Of a stretch of DNA of 64,000 nucleotides, positions 9,117-20,004 are shown piece after piece (the first letter of the stretch is position 1; every line of letters begins with the position of its first letter). Location of the stretch: assembly GCA_965224085.1 (NCBI GenBank), contig CBDCYI010000004.1, forward strand, positions 960,001 through 1,024,000. Reading direction: 5' to 3'. A program made the translations under genes and the position numbers. The DNA comes from Candidatus Marinacidobacterales bacterium. Lineage in GTDB: Bacteria > Acidobacteriota > Vicinamibacteria > Marinacidobacterales > SMYC01. The notes beneath the pieces were generated by a model. That model was not told where the DNA came from and ran no database searches. It worked only from the letters and a program-made list of their open reading frames with translations.

Positions 9117-9982
9117 ATGTTTCGCGGCACGTTCACCGCCCTCGTGACGCCGTTTCGCGCTGATGGCACGCTCGACGAGGACGGTGTCGTCCGGCTTCTC
9201 GAACGCCAGTTGAAGTCGGGCGTTCAGGGCATCGTGCTGTGCGGCACGACGGGTGAAGAGGCGAGCCTCACGCTCGACGAAAGAAAGCGTCTCGTCGAGA
9301 TCGTGCAAAAGCGCGCCGAAGGCCATATCTATACCGTCGCCTCCGCCTCCGACAACATCACCGAACGCACGATCAAGCTCGCTCGAGAAATGGACTGGCT
9401 TGGGGTCGACGCGATCATGTCGGTCGTTCCGTATTTCATCCGACCCAATCAAGCCGGGATCGTCGAGCGCTTCCGCGGCATCGCTGATGCCGTGCAGACG
9501 CCGCTGATCCTTTCGAACGCACCGGGCCGCGCGGGTGAGGGTCTCGAGGCCGACACCGTAGCGCTGCTCGCCGAGCACGACAATATCCGCGGGATCGACG
9601 AATCCTCCGGCGATCTCGAGTTTCTCTCGAACATTCTCGCCGCAACAGACGGGGATTTTGCTATCTTCGCGGGCGAAGACACACTCACGCTCCCGATGAT
9701 CGCGCTCGGGGCCGACGGGGCGTTCTCGCTCATCTCGAACGAAGTGCCCGACAAGATGTCGGCGCTGCGCTCGAAGGCCGCCTCACCGAAGCCCGCGATT
9801 TGCATTACGAGCTCTTCGACCTGATGACTATCAACTACGTCGACCGCAACCCGATCCCCGTCAAAGCCGCGCTCGCAATGATGGGGTTGATCGAAGACCA
9901 CTACCGGCTGCCGCTTCTTGCTATCGACAGCGCCAAACGAGAACAGATCAAGAAAGCTCTCGTGGAGCTCGACGTTATTTAG
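9117..9982 (+). pseudogene. DapA (dihydrodipicolinate synthase)-like protein, frameshifted near 9765, catalytic residues substituted
   Basis: TALVTPF, GTTGE and the C-terminal NPIPVKAALAMMG..RLPL split across two frames; GIDE replaces GIKE and ILSNAP replaces ILYNVP. Confidence 0.8.
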
Positions 9983-10248
9983 TGCCTGCGGCGAACTCTT
10001 TGACCCTTCTTGTGATGACGACGTCGTGTCCAACTTGATCCGCTTGCCATTATTTCGAGCCCGGCGCACCAATGGTCGAGTTCTTTCTTTCCACCGCCGA
10101 GCACCGAGCTGCGCGAAAACGTCCGCAGCGATGAACGAAAATGGCCGCCGCCACGACCGTCCAACGATTGAGTTTCATTCTTTCCTCCCGGGGCGGCGCG
10201 AACCGCAGCCCTGTAGCAATGATGCTTAGTTGTGACTCTCGCGACCCC

Positions 10249-11166
10249 TCAAGAATGTTTCTTGTAATTCTTCTCCCCCGCCTCGATCCGAATCTCCAAT
10301 CGATTCTCTTTCGTCGGCATCGGACAGGTTGTGTGCGGGTTGTACGCACAAGGGGGGTTGTAGGCCTTGTTGAAATCGATCACGACTTGGCCGCTCTCAG
10401 GCGGTTCGGTGCGTAGGAAGCGGGCAGCCGGATAGGATCCTTTGCCGCTCGTCCCATCCCGGAAGATGAACCACAGCGCACCCTCGCGCGCCTTCATCGG
10501 CTCCATACGCACTTTCTGACCTTGAAGCTCGAAATCCACATAGCCTGCGGCTTCGAAGACTTCGATATCGCCCAGAATGTTCAACATCTCGACTTTCTTC
10601 TCTTCCACGTGCGGAACGAACGTCGCCTGGACGCGGAAGCTCGGGTCGACCGGAAACCAATCGAGGCCGGCGAACTCCTTGCGGTAGGACGCGTTCAAGT
10701 CACGGAGCCGAATCGCGAGACGCTCACCGCTATAGTGCAGCCACATCTTCAAGTCGTTGATCGCGATCGCGTGCTTTTCCCCCATCTCGAGCTCGACGCT
10801 CTGGATGGGCTTTCCGTGTCGGGAGATGGTGACGCCGTCCTTGGCATGGAACGTCGCTTTGCGATCGTGAAACTTGAATACGCCCACCGCACAAGGCGCT
10901 GAGCCCTCAGGGAGCACGAAATCGTTGCTGGTAGCCGTCCCGACCCAGTTCTCACCTTCGCGGAGCCAGTAGAGGCCCGCGACCGTCAGCCAACTACTAT
11001 CCTTTCGCAGGTTCTCTTCGCGCTCAGCCTGCCAGCTCTTTACTCTGTCGACATAGCTGGGATCTTCCACGCTCGAAGCACTGACGATCACGAGCATGAA
11101 GGTCAAAAACGCGAGCGAAGCGAGCGCCGCGCCCACAGCGTATATGAGCGTTCTACGAGATTTCAC
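10249..11166 (-). CDS. DUF1684 family protein
   Basis: WLTVAGLYWL, FRDGTSGKGSYPAARFL, DFNKAYNPPCAY...CPMP. Confidence 0.88.
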   Translation of the reverse strand: MKSRRTLIYAVGAALASLAFLTFMLVIVSASSVEDPSYVDRVKSWQAEREENLRKDSSWLTVAGLYWLREGENWVGTATSNDFVLPEGSAPCAVGVFKFHDRKATFHAKDGVTISRHGKPIQSVELEMGEKHAIAINDLKMWLHYSGERLAIRLRDLNASYRKEFAGLDWFPVDPSFRVQATFVPHVEEKKVEMLNILGDIEVFEAAGYVDFELQGQKVRMEPMKAREGALWFIFRDGTSGKGSYPAARFLRTEPPESGQVVIDFNKAYNPPCAYNPHTTCPMPTKENRLEIRIEAGEKNYKKHS

Positions 11167-11246
11167 AGCTCATACCCTAAACTCCGCCCCACGGGCGCAT
11201 TGTAACTTACGAGAAACGACACCGCTAACCGGCCGGCAGGGGCCCA

Positions 11247-12047
11247 CTATTTCTTGTATTCCATGACGTTTACGGGAGCTGGGCTCTCGAAAACGGAGGC
11301 TGGGACGTCCACGAGCACCGCGACGTTCTCGTGCTTTGCTTCACCACGACCCGCGGAGAGCATGATGCCGCCCTTCTGCTGCCAGTCTTGCCAGGGAATT
11401 TGAAAGCGCGGCTCCGGATCGGAGGCCTTCGGATAGTAGTCCCACTGAGTGACGAAGCGGGAATCCTCGTCGACATAGACGTGATACTTGTTTTCTGGAG
11501 TACGGCCGACATCTTTGAAGGTTAGCTCTAAAACGTCGGCTGCCTTTCCATCCGCCGTCTCGCCTTTGCCAAAATATTTCAAAGTGACGCCGCTGTCCTT
11601 GAGCTTGAACGGCATGAAAACCCAGTAGGAGTCGTTGATCCAAGCGCTCTCGGCATTGTGGAGTGCCTCCTCGAGAGCCGCCGACGCGGTGACCTCCTGA
11701 CCATCCTTAAAGGCGCGCCCTCTCTTCGAGTTCAGATTCATCAGAACGAGCATCTCATCGTCATCGAAGCGAAGGTTACCGCTATGTTTGTCCCACACGT
11801 GCGTGCGGCGTCCGAAGAATTTCCACGTCAGATAGCGGCTTTCGTCCCAGGCTCGGCGGCCACCGAGCTTTTCCATGACTTCGTCCGCGACCGCGATGGC
11901 CTCCGAATCCGATCCTTCGGCGTCGAAACCAGGCATGGGCGGATTCTCCGCTTGGGCTCCGAGCGAAATCGAAGCGCCCAGAACGACGACGCCAGTAAAA
12001 CACACTCTTCGCATTGGCCTCTCCGTGTGGCCGAGATTGTACCTCAT
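11247..12047 (-). CDS. secreted hypothetical protein (DUF6503-like); true start may be downstream
   Basis: Signal-like N-terminus; GGRRAW, WINDSYWVFMPFKLKDSGV. Confidence 0.7.
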   Translation of the reverse strand: MRYNLGHTERPMRRVCFTGVVVLGASISLGAQAENPPMPGFDAEGSDSEAIAVADEVMEKLGGRRAWDESRYLTWKFFGRRTHVWDKHSGNLRFDDDEMLVLMNLNSKRGRAFKDGQEVTASAALEEALHNAESAWINDSYWVFMPFKLKDSGVTLKYFGKGETADGKAADVLELTFKDVGRTPENKYHVYVDEDSRFVTQWDYYPKASDPEPRFQIPWQDWQQKGGIMLSAGRGEAKHENVAVLVDVPASVFESPAPVNVMEYKK

Positions 12048-12739
12048 CTGTTGAAGGCACCGTCACGCGCTTTGTCCGTCTGCCGCCGATCGGTCTCTCG
12101 TACGACCATCATGAGAAGAAGGGTTGCGAGAGCTCGGAGAATCTCGAAGACCGTGAGGCTCCAGACCGTGGATTCCGCACCGAGGTTTTGCGAGATAATG
12201 TTCCACACGATGCTCACAAGCCAAAACCCCCACCACATGGGGAGAATGGACGGCACGGGCGCAGAAACCCACTCGCCCCCCGATCGGTTTGGGTCGCTAG
12301 CCTGATAGATTTCCTTCACGGAGCGGTACGGACCGATCAGGTTCGCGACGGGAACAAAAGCGATCCCAGCACTCCATCCGGCCGAGAAAAACATTCCTTT
12401 CGCGCCAAGCGAGCGCGCGTCGCGGTTTGCACGAAAGACCCAGACCGAGAAACTCACGACCACGAGCGCAAGCAGCGGCCACGTCAACGCCCAGCTCAGC
12501 TCGAGCGGGCCCGGAGTAAGGGTCAAAATGGCGTTCTGGTAGCCCTCCCAGCGAAAAAAGACGGCGAGATAGAGCGTGGCCCGAAAAGCACGGAGCGCAA
12601 GCTCGACGAGCAGGACGCCGAGGAGGACGGTCGCGGCCCCCGAGCTTTGCCTCGGCAATGGCCGCACGCCGTCGTCGGGAGGAGAGTAAGGATTCGCCCT
12701 TTTCGCCACCGCGCGTTCCATGCTTGTCTCGGAGCCCAT
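12044..12739 (-). CDS. DUF4328 family membrane protein
   Basis: NPYSPP, WVFRANRDAR, FVPVANLIGPY, MWWGFW. Confidence 0.75.
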   Translation of the reverse strand: MGSETSMERAVAKRANPYSPPDDGVRPLPRQSSGAATVLLGVLLVELALRAFRATLYLAVFFRWEGYQNAILTLTPGPLELSWALTWPLLALVVVSFSVWVFRANRDARSLGAKGMFFSAGWSAGIAFVPVANLIGPYRSVKEIYQASDPNRSGGEWVSAPVPSILPMWWGFWLVSIVWNIISQNLGAESTVWSLTVFEILRALATLLLMMVVRETDRRQTDKARDGAFNR

Positions 12740-12840
12740 CCTAGCAACATTTGCCCGACATAGGCTTGACTTCGCTATCCAAGCGCTGTAGCGTGCGCAG
12801 CGTTCTCAGAATCGGTGCGGCGAGAAACGGTACTTGACTC

Positions 12841-14361
12841 TTGCCAAGCGACGACAATTCGAAGCCTATCGCAAATCCTGACGACTCAGCGTATTTTCGC
12901 CTGCTCGTCGACAACTCCCCCGATAGGATCTTGACCCTCGACCCCGAAGGCACGATCCTCTTCATCAATCACGCGCTTGTGAATCTCTCGACCGAAGAAC
13001 TCATCGGCACCGACGTCATGAGCTACGTCGAAGAGCATGAGCGTGCCGCATATGGGGAAGCTCTCGACGATGTTTTCTCGACCGGCGTCTCCCGCTCCCT
13101 AGAGCTGTCGACAGCCGGGCTGACGTCGTCGTTCACGAGGCTCATCCCCATCAAACATGACCATATCGTCGAGACGGTTCTCGTCATCGCGACAGATCTG
13201 AGCGAGCACGAGCGCAAAAACACCGAGGAGGAGCGTAAGAAGTTCGAAACACAGGTCCGACACGCGCAAAAGCTCGAGAGCCTCGCCGTGCTTACCGAGG
13301 GTATTGCTCACGATTTCAACAATCTCCTGACCGGTATCCTCGGGAGCGCGAGTCTCGCCTCTTCGAAGCTCCCAGAGGGCTCCGCCGTGGACGAGCAGAT
13401 CGACCGCATCCTGCAAGCAGCCGAGAAAGCGGCCGTCCTGACGAACCAAATGCTCGCTTATGCCGGCAAGGAAAATTTCGAAGTGGGCTTCGTCGACTTG
13501 AACCAACTCGTCGGCGATGTCATCCCGCTCGTGCGAACGGCGATCTCCAAGAGTACCCGTATCCGTGAGTCGTGGGCCGCGAACCTACCCAGCATCGAGG
13601 CGGATCCGGTCCAGCTCCGACAAGTTGTCGTCGCGCTCGTGACGAACGCCTCGGAAGCGCTCCAAGACGAACACGGCGAGGTCTCGATCCGCACCGGAGC
13701 GCTCAAAAGCACCGATCACTCGGGAACACGCGTTTTCATCGAGATCGCAGACACCGGGCTAGGCATGGATGCCGATACTTCCAAGAGAATCTTCGAGCCC
13801 TTCTTTACGACCAAACTTGCCGGGCGGGGCCTCGGTCTCGCGGCTGCGCAGGGGATCGTCCGCGCCCATCGCGGCGAAATTAGCGTCCAAAGCCAACTGG
13901 GTCGAGGCACGACCGTGACGGTGCTCCTCCCCGCAACGAGCCCGCGCCGCGCGGTGCTCGACGACGAAGTGCGATCGTCACCCGGCAGCACTCGCACCAT
14001 CCTTGTGATCGATGACGAACAAAGCGTCCGAGAAGTCGCCCAGGCAGCGCTCCAGGAAACGGGCTTCGAAGTGCTGCTCGCCGGTAGCGGCCACGAAGCA
14101 CTCGACATTTTCGTCGAGCGAGCGTCAGAGATCGACGCGGTCCTACTCGACGTGTCGATGCCACGTATGAGCGGAGAGCAAACGTTGGTCAAGCTCCGCC
14201 GTATGCGGCCCCACGTAAAGATCTTGCTCACGAGCGGCCATAGCGAACAGGTAGTTTTGCAGACGTTCGAGGGCAAGAAAGCCTCAGCATTCATTCAAAA
14301 GCCGTTTCGCGCTTCGGAGCTGGTCGATCGGATCCAGCAAGTGGTGAACCCGCGGCTCTGA
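12841..14361 (+). CDS. hybrid PAS-histidine kinase-receiver protein
   Basis: PAS; H-box GIAHDFNNLL; IADTGLGM, FEPFFTTK, GRGLGL; receiver LVIDDE, LLDVSMP, FIQKPF. Confidence 0.93.
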   Translation: MPSDDNSKPIANPDDSAYFRLLVDNSPDRILTLDPEGTILFINHALVNLSTEELIGTDVMSYVEEHERAAYGEALDDVFSTGVSRSLELSTAGLTSSFTRLIPIKHDHIVETVLVIATDLSEHERKNTEEERKKFETQVRHAQKLESLAVLTEGIAHDFNNLLTGILGSASLASSKLPEGSAVDEQIDRILQAAEKAAVLTNQMLAYAGKENFEVGFVDLNQLVGDVIPLVRTAISKSTRIRESWAANLPSIEADPVQLRQVVVALVTNASEALQDEHGEVSIRTGALKSTDHSGTRVFIEIADTGLGMDADTSKRIFEPFFTTKLAGRGLGLAAAQGIVRAHRGEISVQSQLGRGTTVTVLLPATSPRRAVLDDEVRSSPGSTRTILVIDDEQSVREVAQAALQETGFEVLLAGSGHEALDIFVERASEIDAVLLDVSMPRMSGEQTLVKLRRMRPHVKILLTSGHSEQVVLQTFEGKKASAFIQKPFRASELVDRIQQVVNPRL

Positions 14362-14362
14362 G

Positions 14363-14962
14363 TCAAGCCGCGGGACGCATTAGGGACGCCCTAAGCAACA
14401 GGAAATATTCCAAGCTCTCCCAGATATGTAGTCGAGGCATGAGCGGCTCCCACACCGGAATGAACCGCGCGAGCCAATGCGATAAGACTTTCGCACGAAA
14501 ATAGCGCTCGTGCTCCCATTCCGCCTCCGCCATCCGAAGAAGATCCATCGCTAGATGGGGCTCCTCCGCGAGCACCGCGAAGCGAGCCGCGTCCTCATAC
14601 TCTTGAACATTGGCAGCCTCGAGTCTGCCCGCCCCGTACATCGGCGCGAACCAGCCTCCGAAGCGGCAAAAAGCGCTGACTGCCGATCCAATCCAAGACA
14701 TCCTTCGTTCGAGGCGGGCGTCCGGACCGGCGCCGAGTTCCCGCAACATGTTGCCCACATACAGGCGGTGCTCGAGCTCTTCACGCTCGATATTCTGGAT
14801 CTCCGCGACCTCCCGGGCGTCCCGGAGCGAATGCCAGTGCCCGCGATAGGCACGAGCAGCCCCAAGCTCCCCCGCGTGTGCATTCTTCAAAACCGCCACG
14901 AGAGCGATACGGGCCGAGGCCCGGTCAAGCGTGACCGAAGGTCTCATCGTCGGCCTCCTCAC
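14363..14962 (-). CDS. ferritin-like di-iron protein (Coq7/demethoxyubiquinone hydroxylase-like)
   Basis: AHAGELGA..AYRGH, EELEH, GRLE, EWEH ExxH pairs. Confidence 0.75.
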   Translation of the reverse strand: MRRPTMRPSVTLDRASARIALVAVLKNAHAGELGAARAYRGHWHSLRDAREVAEIQNIEREELEHRLYVGNMLRELGAGPDARLERRMSWIGSAVSAFCRFGGWFAPMYGAGRLEAANVQEYEDAARFAVLAEEPHLAMDLLRMAEAEWEHERYFRAKVLSHWLARFIPVWEPLMPRLHIWESLEYFLLLRASLMRPAA

Positions 14963-15137
14963 ACATCATTGTTCGAAAATCGCAGCTTCTTCGCCAGGTT
15001 TCTGCAGCTAGAGCGACCGGTGCCGATCACCTTCTGTGCTACGATCGTCGGATCAGAGAACAGATGCGCAAGGTCCTCTACTTGAACGAGATCGTCCCGC
15101 CGCCCGACCATCGCGAACGCGGACTGGAGCTTCCATA

Positions 15138-16838
15138 GTGTCCGAAGAATGCTCCGACAAAGCGCCATCGCTCGATTTCATCCGAACGATCGTCTCGGAA
15201 GACGTGGCGAACGGGAAACATGACGGCCGCGTCGCCACGCGTTTCCCTCCCGAGCCGAACGGCTATTTGCACATTGGCCACGCTAAATCGATCTACCTCA
15301 ATTTCGGGGTCGCCGAAGAGTATGGCGGGACGTGCAACTTGCGCTTCGACGATACGAACCCGACGAAAGAAGACGTGGAATATGTCGACGCCATCAAGGA
15401 GGACGTCCGCTGGCTCGGTTTCGACTGGGACGAGCGGTTGTACTATGCCTCCGACTACTTCGAAAAGATCTATGCGCGCGCCGTCAAGCTCATCCGAGAT
15501 GGCAACGCTTATGTCGACAGCCTGAGTGCTGCGGAAATCCGTGAATATCGCGGCACGCTGACAGAGCCGGGCAAGAACAGCCCCTATCGGGAGCGTTCCG
15601 TCGAAGAGAACCTCGACCTGTTCGAGAGAATGCGCGCGGGCGAGTTCGCGGACGGAATGCACGTCCTGCGAGCAAAGATCGACATGGCTTCGGGCAACGT
15701 GAACATGCGCGATCCGACGCTCTATCGGATCCGGAAAGTAGCGCACCATCGCACCGGCGACAAGTGGAACATCTATCCGCTGTATGACTTCACTCACGCC
15801 GTCTCGGACGCCTTCGAGCACATCACGCACTCACTTTGCACCCTCGAGTTCGAGGATCACCGCCCGCTCTACAATTGGTCGATCGACGAGACCGGCGTCG
15901 CGTTCAAGCCGCGGCAAATCGAGTTTGCCCGTTTGAACTTGAGCTACACGATTCTCAGCAAGCGCAAGCTTCTGCGCCTCGTGCAAGAAGGCCACGTCGG
16001 CGGATGGGACGACCCCCGGATGCCGACGCTCTGCGGATTGCGGCGGCGCGGCTACACGCCAGAATCTCTCCGAACGTTTTGCGAGCGGATCGGGCTCGCG
16101 AAGCGTGACAGCCTCGTGGACGTCGCACAGCTCGAGCACGCGGTCCGTGAAGACTTGAACGCCCGCGCCCCTCGTGTGATGGGTGTCCTCCACCCTCTCC
16201 GAGTCGTGCTCGAAAACTGCCCTGAAGGCGAAGTGGACGAGCTCGACGCGGTGAACAACCCCGAGGACGAGAGCGCCGGGACGCGCAAAGTGCCTTTCTC
16301 GCATGTTCTGTATATCGAGCGCGCGGACTTCATGGAGGATCCTCCGAAAAAGTTCTTCCGGCTCGCTCCTGGCCGCGAAGTCCGGCTTCGCTACGCCTAT
16401 CTCATCACGTGCACCGATGTCGTCAAGGACGACGCGGGCGAGATCGTCGAGCTTCGCTGCACCTACGACCCCGAAACGCGCGGCGGTACACCACCCGATG
16501 GACGCCGCGTGCGCGGCACGCTCCATTGGGTATCCGCCGAGCACGCGCTCGATGCGGAAGTGCGCCTCTACGATCGGCTCTTCTCGCGCGAGAGACCCGA
16601 CGACGTGGCAGAAGGTCAGGACTTCACCGCGAGCTTGAATCCCGACTCGCTCGAGATCCTCGAAAGCGCCAAGCTCGAGCCAAGTGTGGCCGGCGCCGCG
16701 CCGGGTACTCGTTATCAGTTCGAGCGGCAGGGTTATTTCGTCGTCGATGCGGACGCATCGGCCGACAAGCTCGTCTTCAATCGCACCGTCTCGCTCAAAG
16801 ACGCGTGGGCGAGGATCGCGGCTCGGGGCTCGCAGTAG
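15138..16838 (+). CDS. glnS: glutamine--tRNA ligase
   Basis: [18 protein letters not shown] (HIGH), [17 protein letters not shown] start at 15138 chosen; the ORF is open from 15036. Confidence 0.96.
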   Translation: MSEECSDKAPSLDFIRTIVSEDVANGKHDGRVATRFPPEPNGYLHIGHAKSIYLNFGVAEEYGGTCNLRFDDTNPTKEDVEYVDAIKEDVRWLGFDWDERLYYASDYFEKIYARAVKLIRDGNAYVDSLSAAEIREYRGTLTEPGKNSPYRERSVEENLDLFERMRAGEFADGMHVLRAKIDMASGNVNMRDPTLYRIRKVAHHRTGDKWNIYPLYDFTHAVSDAFEHITHSLCTLEFEDHRPLYNWSIDETGVAFKPRQIEFARLNLSYTILSKRKLLRLVQEGHVGGWDDPRMPTLCGLRRRGYTPESLRTFCERIGLAKRDSLVDVAQLEHAVREDLNARAPRVMGVLHPLRVVLENCPEGEVDELDAVNNPEDESAGTRKVPFSHVLYIERADFMEDPPKKFFRLAPGREVRLRYAYLITCTDVVKDDAGEIVELRCTYDPETRGGTPPDGRRVRGTLHWVSAEHALDAEVRLYDRLFSRERPDDVAEGQDFTASLNPDSLEILESAKLEPSVAGAAPGTRYQFERQGYFVVDADASADKLVFNRTVSLKDAWARIAARGSQ

Positions 16839-16952
16839 CTTCGTTCCGCTACCGGCTACCCCCTACTTTTCTTGCTTTTCACGTCCTCACTTGTTTGAGA
16901 CAATTTAGACATCCGCCACAACCGAATTCCACTTTTCCCAGGAGTTGGTGCT

Positions 16953-18317
16953 ATGACTCGACGCCGGCAGTTTCTCAAAACCGCAGGGCTAGCGGCTTTG
17001 CATTCCATTGTCCAGGGGCGCTACGCGGGCGCTGCGACTCAAGGGGAGCACATCCTCGTCATCGGAGCCGGTATGTCTGGGCTCGCGGCGGCGCGCGAGC
17101 TCCGGGCGCATGGCCACACGGTCACCGTGCTCGAAGGACGCGAGCGCATTGGCGGACGGGTTTGGACAAACTCTGAGCTCGGTTTTCCCATCGACCTCGG
17201 AGCGAGCTGGATCCAGGGTACCGACGGCAATCCGCTCACGAAGCTCGCGCAACAACACGGGGTCGACGTGCATCAGACGAACGCCGACAGTGTTCGGCTA
17301 TGGGGGGCCCCGGACGGCAAGCCCATCCCCGATGCACCCCTCGAAGAAGCTTTTGCGGAGTTCGAAGAGCTCGGCGACGCGCTCGAGGAAATCGCGGCCG
17401 CGCTCGAAGAAAACGAGGACATCTCTGTAGAAGAAGCCACGGAGCTCTTGCTCGCGGACGAGGAGCTCTCGGAACAAGACGAGCTCGCACTCTCGTGGTT
17501 CGCTTCCGCGTTTATGGTGCTCTCCTCTGGAGCCGAGCCCAGGGAGCATTCAGTTATCTACGCCGACGCGGGCGAAGGTTTCGGCGGTGGTGACGTGTTG
17601 TTCCCCGACGGTTATCACCAGCTCATCGAGGCCGTCGGCAGCGGCACCGACATCAAGCTCGGTCACAAAGTCCACCACATCCACTACGGCGGCTCGTCCG
17701 TGCAGGTGGAAACGAATCGCGGGACCTTCCAGGGTGACCGCGTGATCGTGACACTTCCCCTCGGCGTCTTGCGCTCGGGCGCGGTGAAATTCTCACCTGC
17801 TTTGCCTGGCGAAAAGACCGCGGCCACAGGAAGGCTTCGGATGGGGCTTCTCGACAAAGTCGTCCTTCGCTATCCTGAAGCTTTCTGGCCACAAGATCGT
17901 GACTATCTCGCCTATGCGTCGGAAACCCACGGGGAGTTCCCGGTCTTTCTGAACGCGCAGCGCTTCACCGGAAAACCCGTGCTCATGGCTTTCGTGGGCG
18001 GCGATTTCGCCCGCGCGCTCGAGAATGAGAGCGACGAAGCTATCGCGGAACATGCTACCCGCATCTTGAGCCGGATCGCCGGCGACGCCGTTTCCGATCC
18101 TGTCGACGGTGTCGTGAGCCGGTGGGCGTCGGATCCGTTCTCGGGTGGCTCTTACTCCTACCTTCCCGTTGGATCGACACCCCGAGACTATGACGCCATC
18201 GCCGAGCCGGTTTCTGAACGTCTGATGTTCGCGGGCGAGGCAACGATCAAGGAGTACTACGCAACGGTGCACGGCGCCTACCTCTCAGGGATGCGTGAAG
18301 CAAAGCGCATCGGCTGA
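16953..18317 (+). CDS. Tat-exported flavin amine oxidase (polyamine oxidase-like)
   Basis: TRRRQFLK Tat motif; GAGMSGLAAA, DLGASWI, FAGEAT..ATVHGAYLSG. Confidence 0.88.
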   Translation: MTRRRQFLKTAGLAALHSIVQGRYAGAATQGEHILVIGAGMSGLAAARELRAHGHTVTVLEGRERIGGRVWTNSELGFPIDLGASWIQGTDGNPLTKLAQQHGVDVHQTNADSVRLWGAPDGKPIPDAPLEEAFAEFEELGDALEEIAAALEENEDISVEEATELLLADEELSEQDELALSWFASAFMVLSSGAEPREHSVIYADAGEGFGGGDVLFPDGYHQLIEAVGSGTDIKLGHKVHHIHYGGSSVQVETNRGTFQGDRVIVTLPLGVLRSGAVKFSPALPGEKTAATGRLRMGLLDKVVLRYPEAFWPQDRDYLAYASETHGEFPVFLNAQRFTGKPVLMAFVGGDFARALENESDEAIAEHATRILSRIAGDAVSDPVDGVVSRWASDPFSGGSYSYLPVGSTPRDYDAIAEPVSERLMFAGEATIKEYYATVHGAYLSGMREAKRIG

Positions 18318-18375
18318 CTGGTCAAAAGCAAGATCAAAGAAAGAGGACGCTGAGCGCAGCGTTGCGAGACTGCCT

Positions 18376-18773
18376 CACCGCTCGAACGCATTAGCGCCAA
18401 ACAAGCGCGCGTTTCACACGAACATGCCAGGAATGGCCTTCAAAGACGCCAAACCGTGGTTGAGCTACGGAGTGATGGGCGGCGACATGCAGCCGCAGGG
18501 CCACACCCAAGTGCTATTGAACATGATGGAGTTCGGAATGAACGTCCAGGAGGCGGGCGAGATGGCGCGCTTCCGCCATTTTTCCGATCGCGCGGTCGGC
18601 TTCGAGTCCGACATCGGCATCGACGTTGTTCAGGCGCTCATTGAAAAAGGACACCTACCGCGAATATCGATGGGCGCTTATGGCGGCTACCAAGCCATCA
18701 TGTCGATTGGGAGCAAGGTGTTTTGCTTGGCGGATCAGATGTGCGCAAAGACGGCGCAGCAATGGGCTACTGA
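18376..18773 (+). pseudogene. gamma-glutamyltransferase C-terminal fragment
   Basis: PNKRAFHTNMPG, SYGVMGGDMQPQGH, GGYQAI; frameshifted end GGSDVRKDGAAMGY*. Confidence 0.8.
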
Positions 18774-18869
18774 CACCGCTCTCGGATAGTCTGTCGCAAC
18801 TCCCACGCGGTGACGTGACGCCCAGCCGGTCAGAAGGGGGCATCAAGGGCGAAGCCCGATGACCAGCAG

Positions 18870-19874
18870 CTAACTGACTTGCGAGCGGGAGAAAAACGTC
18901 TCTTCCAGCAACCCGTCGGATGCTCTCGTCGTGCGGAAAAAGCCGCTTGCGAGTAGCGAATGGATATGCCGGAGCACCTGGAAATCCGTCAGCTCTGACT
19001 CCTCCATGACGCGGACGATCGTCTGATAGCGGATGAGATACTCGTAAGTCTCCATCTCATCGACGTTGAGTGTACTGACGGCGACGTCGCAAGCGTCGTT
19101 GAGCCCGATCTCGTAAACGAGCGGCGGGAGCTTCGACGTCAGCCGCTCGAGCGCTTCAATTTGTTGCATCGCCTCCAAAATTAGCGGCTCCGTCCGTCCC
19201 CCGATCGTCGTTGGTACGGTCGCATCCGCGGGAAACTCGAAGACTTCGTACCGACCTTTTTGAATCCCGAGCACGCGGTGAAGCGCTTTCTCCTTGCGAA
19301 CGTTGCCACATTGGCAATGTACTATCTGACCGTCCCGCAGGTAGAGCCGACCGTCACCGCTCTGGTTCCGGATGACGATCATCGCCGTCATCCCTTGGTT
19401 GGCGAGCTGCATCAGCAAATCGGGTAGGGTCGTATCGATACGCTCCGGAGACACCGTGAACTGCGTTGCGGACACGGCCTCTTGATACGGAAGGATGTTC
19501 CCGACCGTCCCGATATGAAACGGGCTGGCGAGCTTGGTTTTCGGCCGGCGACGCTGCACGAGCGTGACGCTCAATTGAAAGCTCCCGATGCGGATGCGGT
19601 CCCCGGTGTGCAGACGTTGCCGGCGCACGGATTCGTCGTTCACGTAGGTACCGTTGGCGCTCCCCATATCGCGAATGAGCAGCTCGTCAGCCTCGTTCAA
19701 GATCTCGACGTGATAGTTCGACACGCGGTTCGAGCGAAGCTGGATATCGTTCGTATGGTGGCGCCCAATCGCGACCCGGAAGGTTTCCTGAAGATCGAAG
19801 CTATGGACCTGGCGCTCGGTGCCCAATTGCAGCACCATCTCGTGAAGCGGCAAGTCGTTTTGTACGTGGTCCAT
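18870..19874 (-). CDS. FHA domain + DUF4388-like protein
   Basis: FHA motifs IGRHHTNDI, VSNYH, DMGSANGTYVN; GRLYLRDGQIVHC domain; ATG 19874 lies downstream of a sigma-54 site. Confidence 0.82.
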   Translation of the reverse strand: MDHVQNDLPLHEMVLQLGTERQVHSFDLQETFRVAIGRHHTNDIQLRSNRVSNYHVEILNEADELLIRDMGSANGTYVNDESVRRQRLHTGDRIRIGSFQLSVTLVQRRRPKTKLASPFHIGTVGNILPYQEAVSATQFTVSPERIDTTLPDLLMQLANQGMTAMIVIRNQSGDGRLYLRDGQIVHCQCGNVRKEKALHRVLGIQKGRYEVFEFPADATVPTTIGGRTEPLILEAMQQIEALERLTSKLPPLVYEIGLNDACDVAVSTLNVDEMETYEYLIRYQTIVRVMEESELTDFQVLRHIHSLLASGFFRTTRASDGLLEETFFSRSQVS

Positions 19875-19900
19875 AGACGAAAAGAGCCCCACGCGTTTAA

Positions 19901-19916
19901 AGCAATTGGGGTGCCA
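19901..19916 (-). promoter_or_regulatory. sigma-54 (-24/-12) promoter
   Basis: Minus strand TGGCAC-CCCAA-TTGCT, exact consensus spacing, upstream of the FHA gene. Confidence 0.75.
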
Positions 19917-20004
19917 ACGCGCTATCCGTCAGAGAAAACAGAACTTTTGCCGACGTATACTCTCTGTGTTGTGGGGATTTGCCTGCGGCGAGGCATGCAT
20001 TCTG

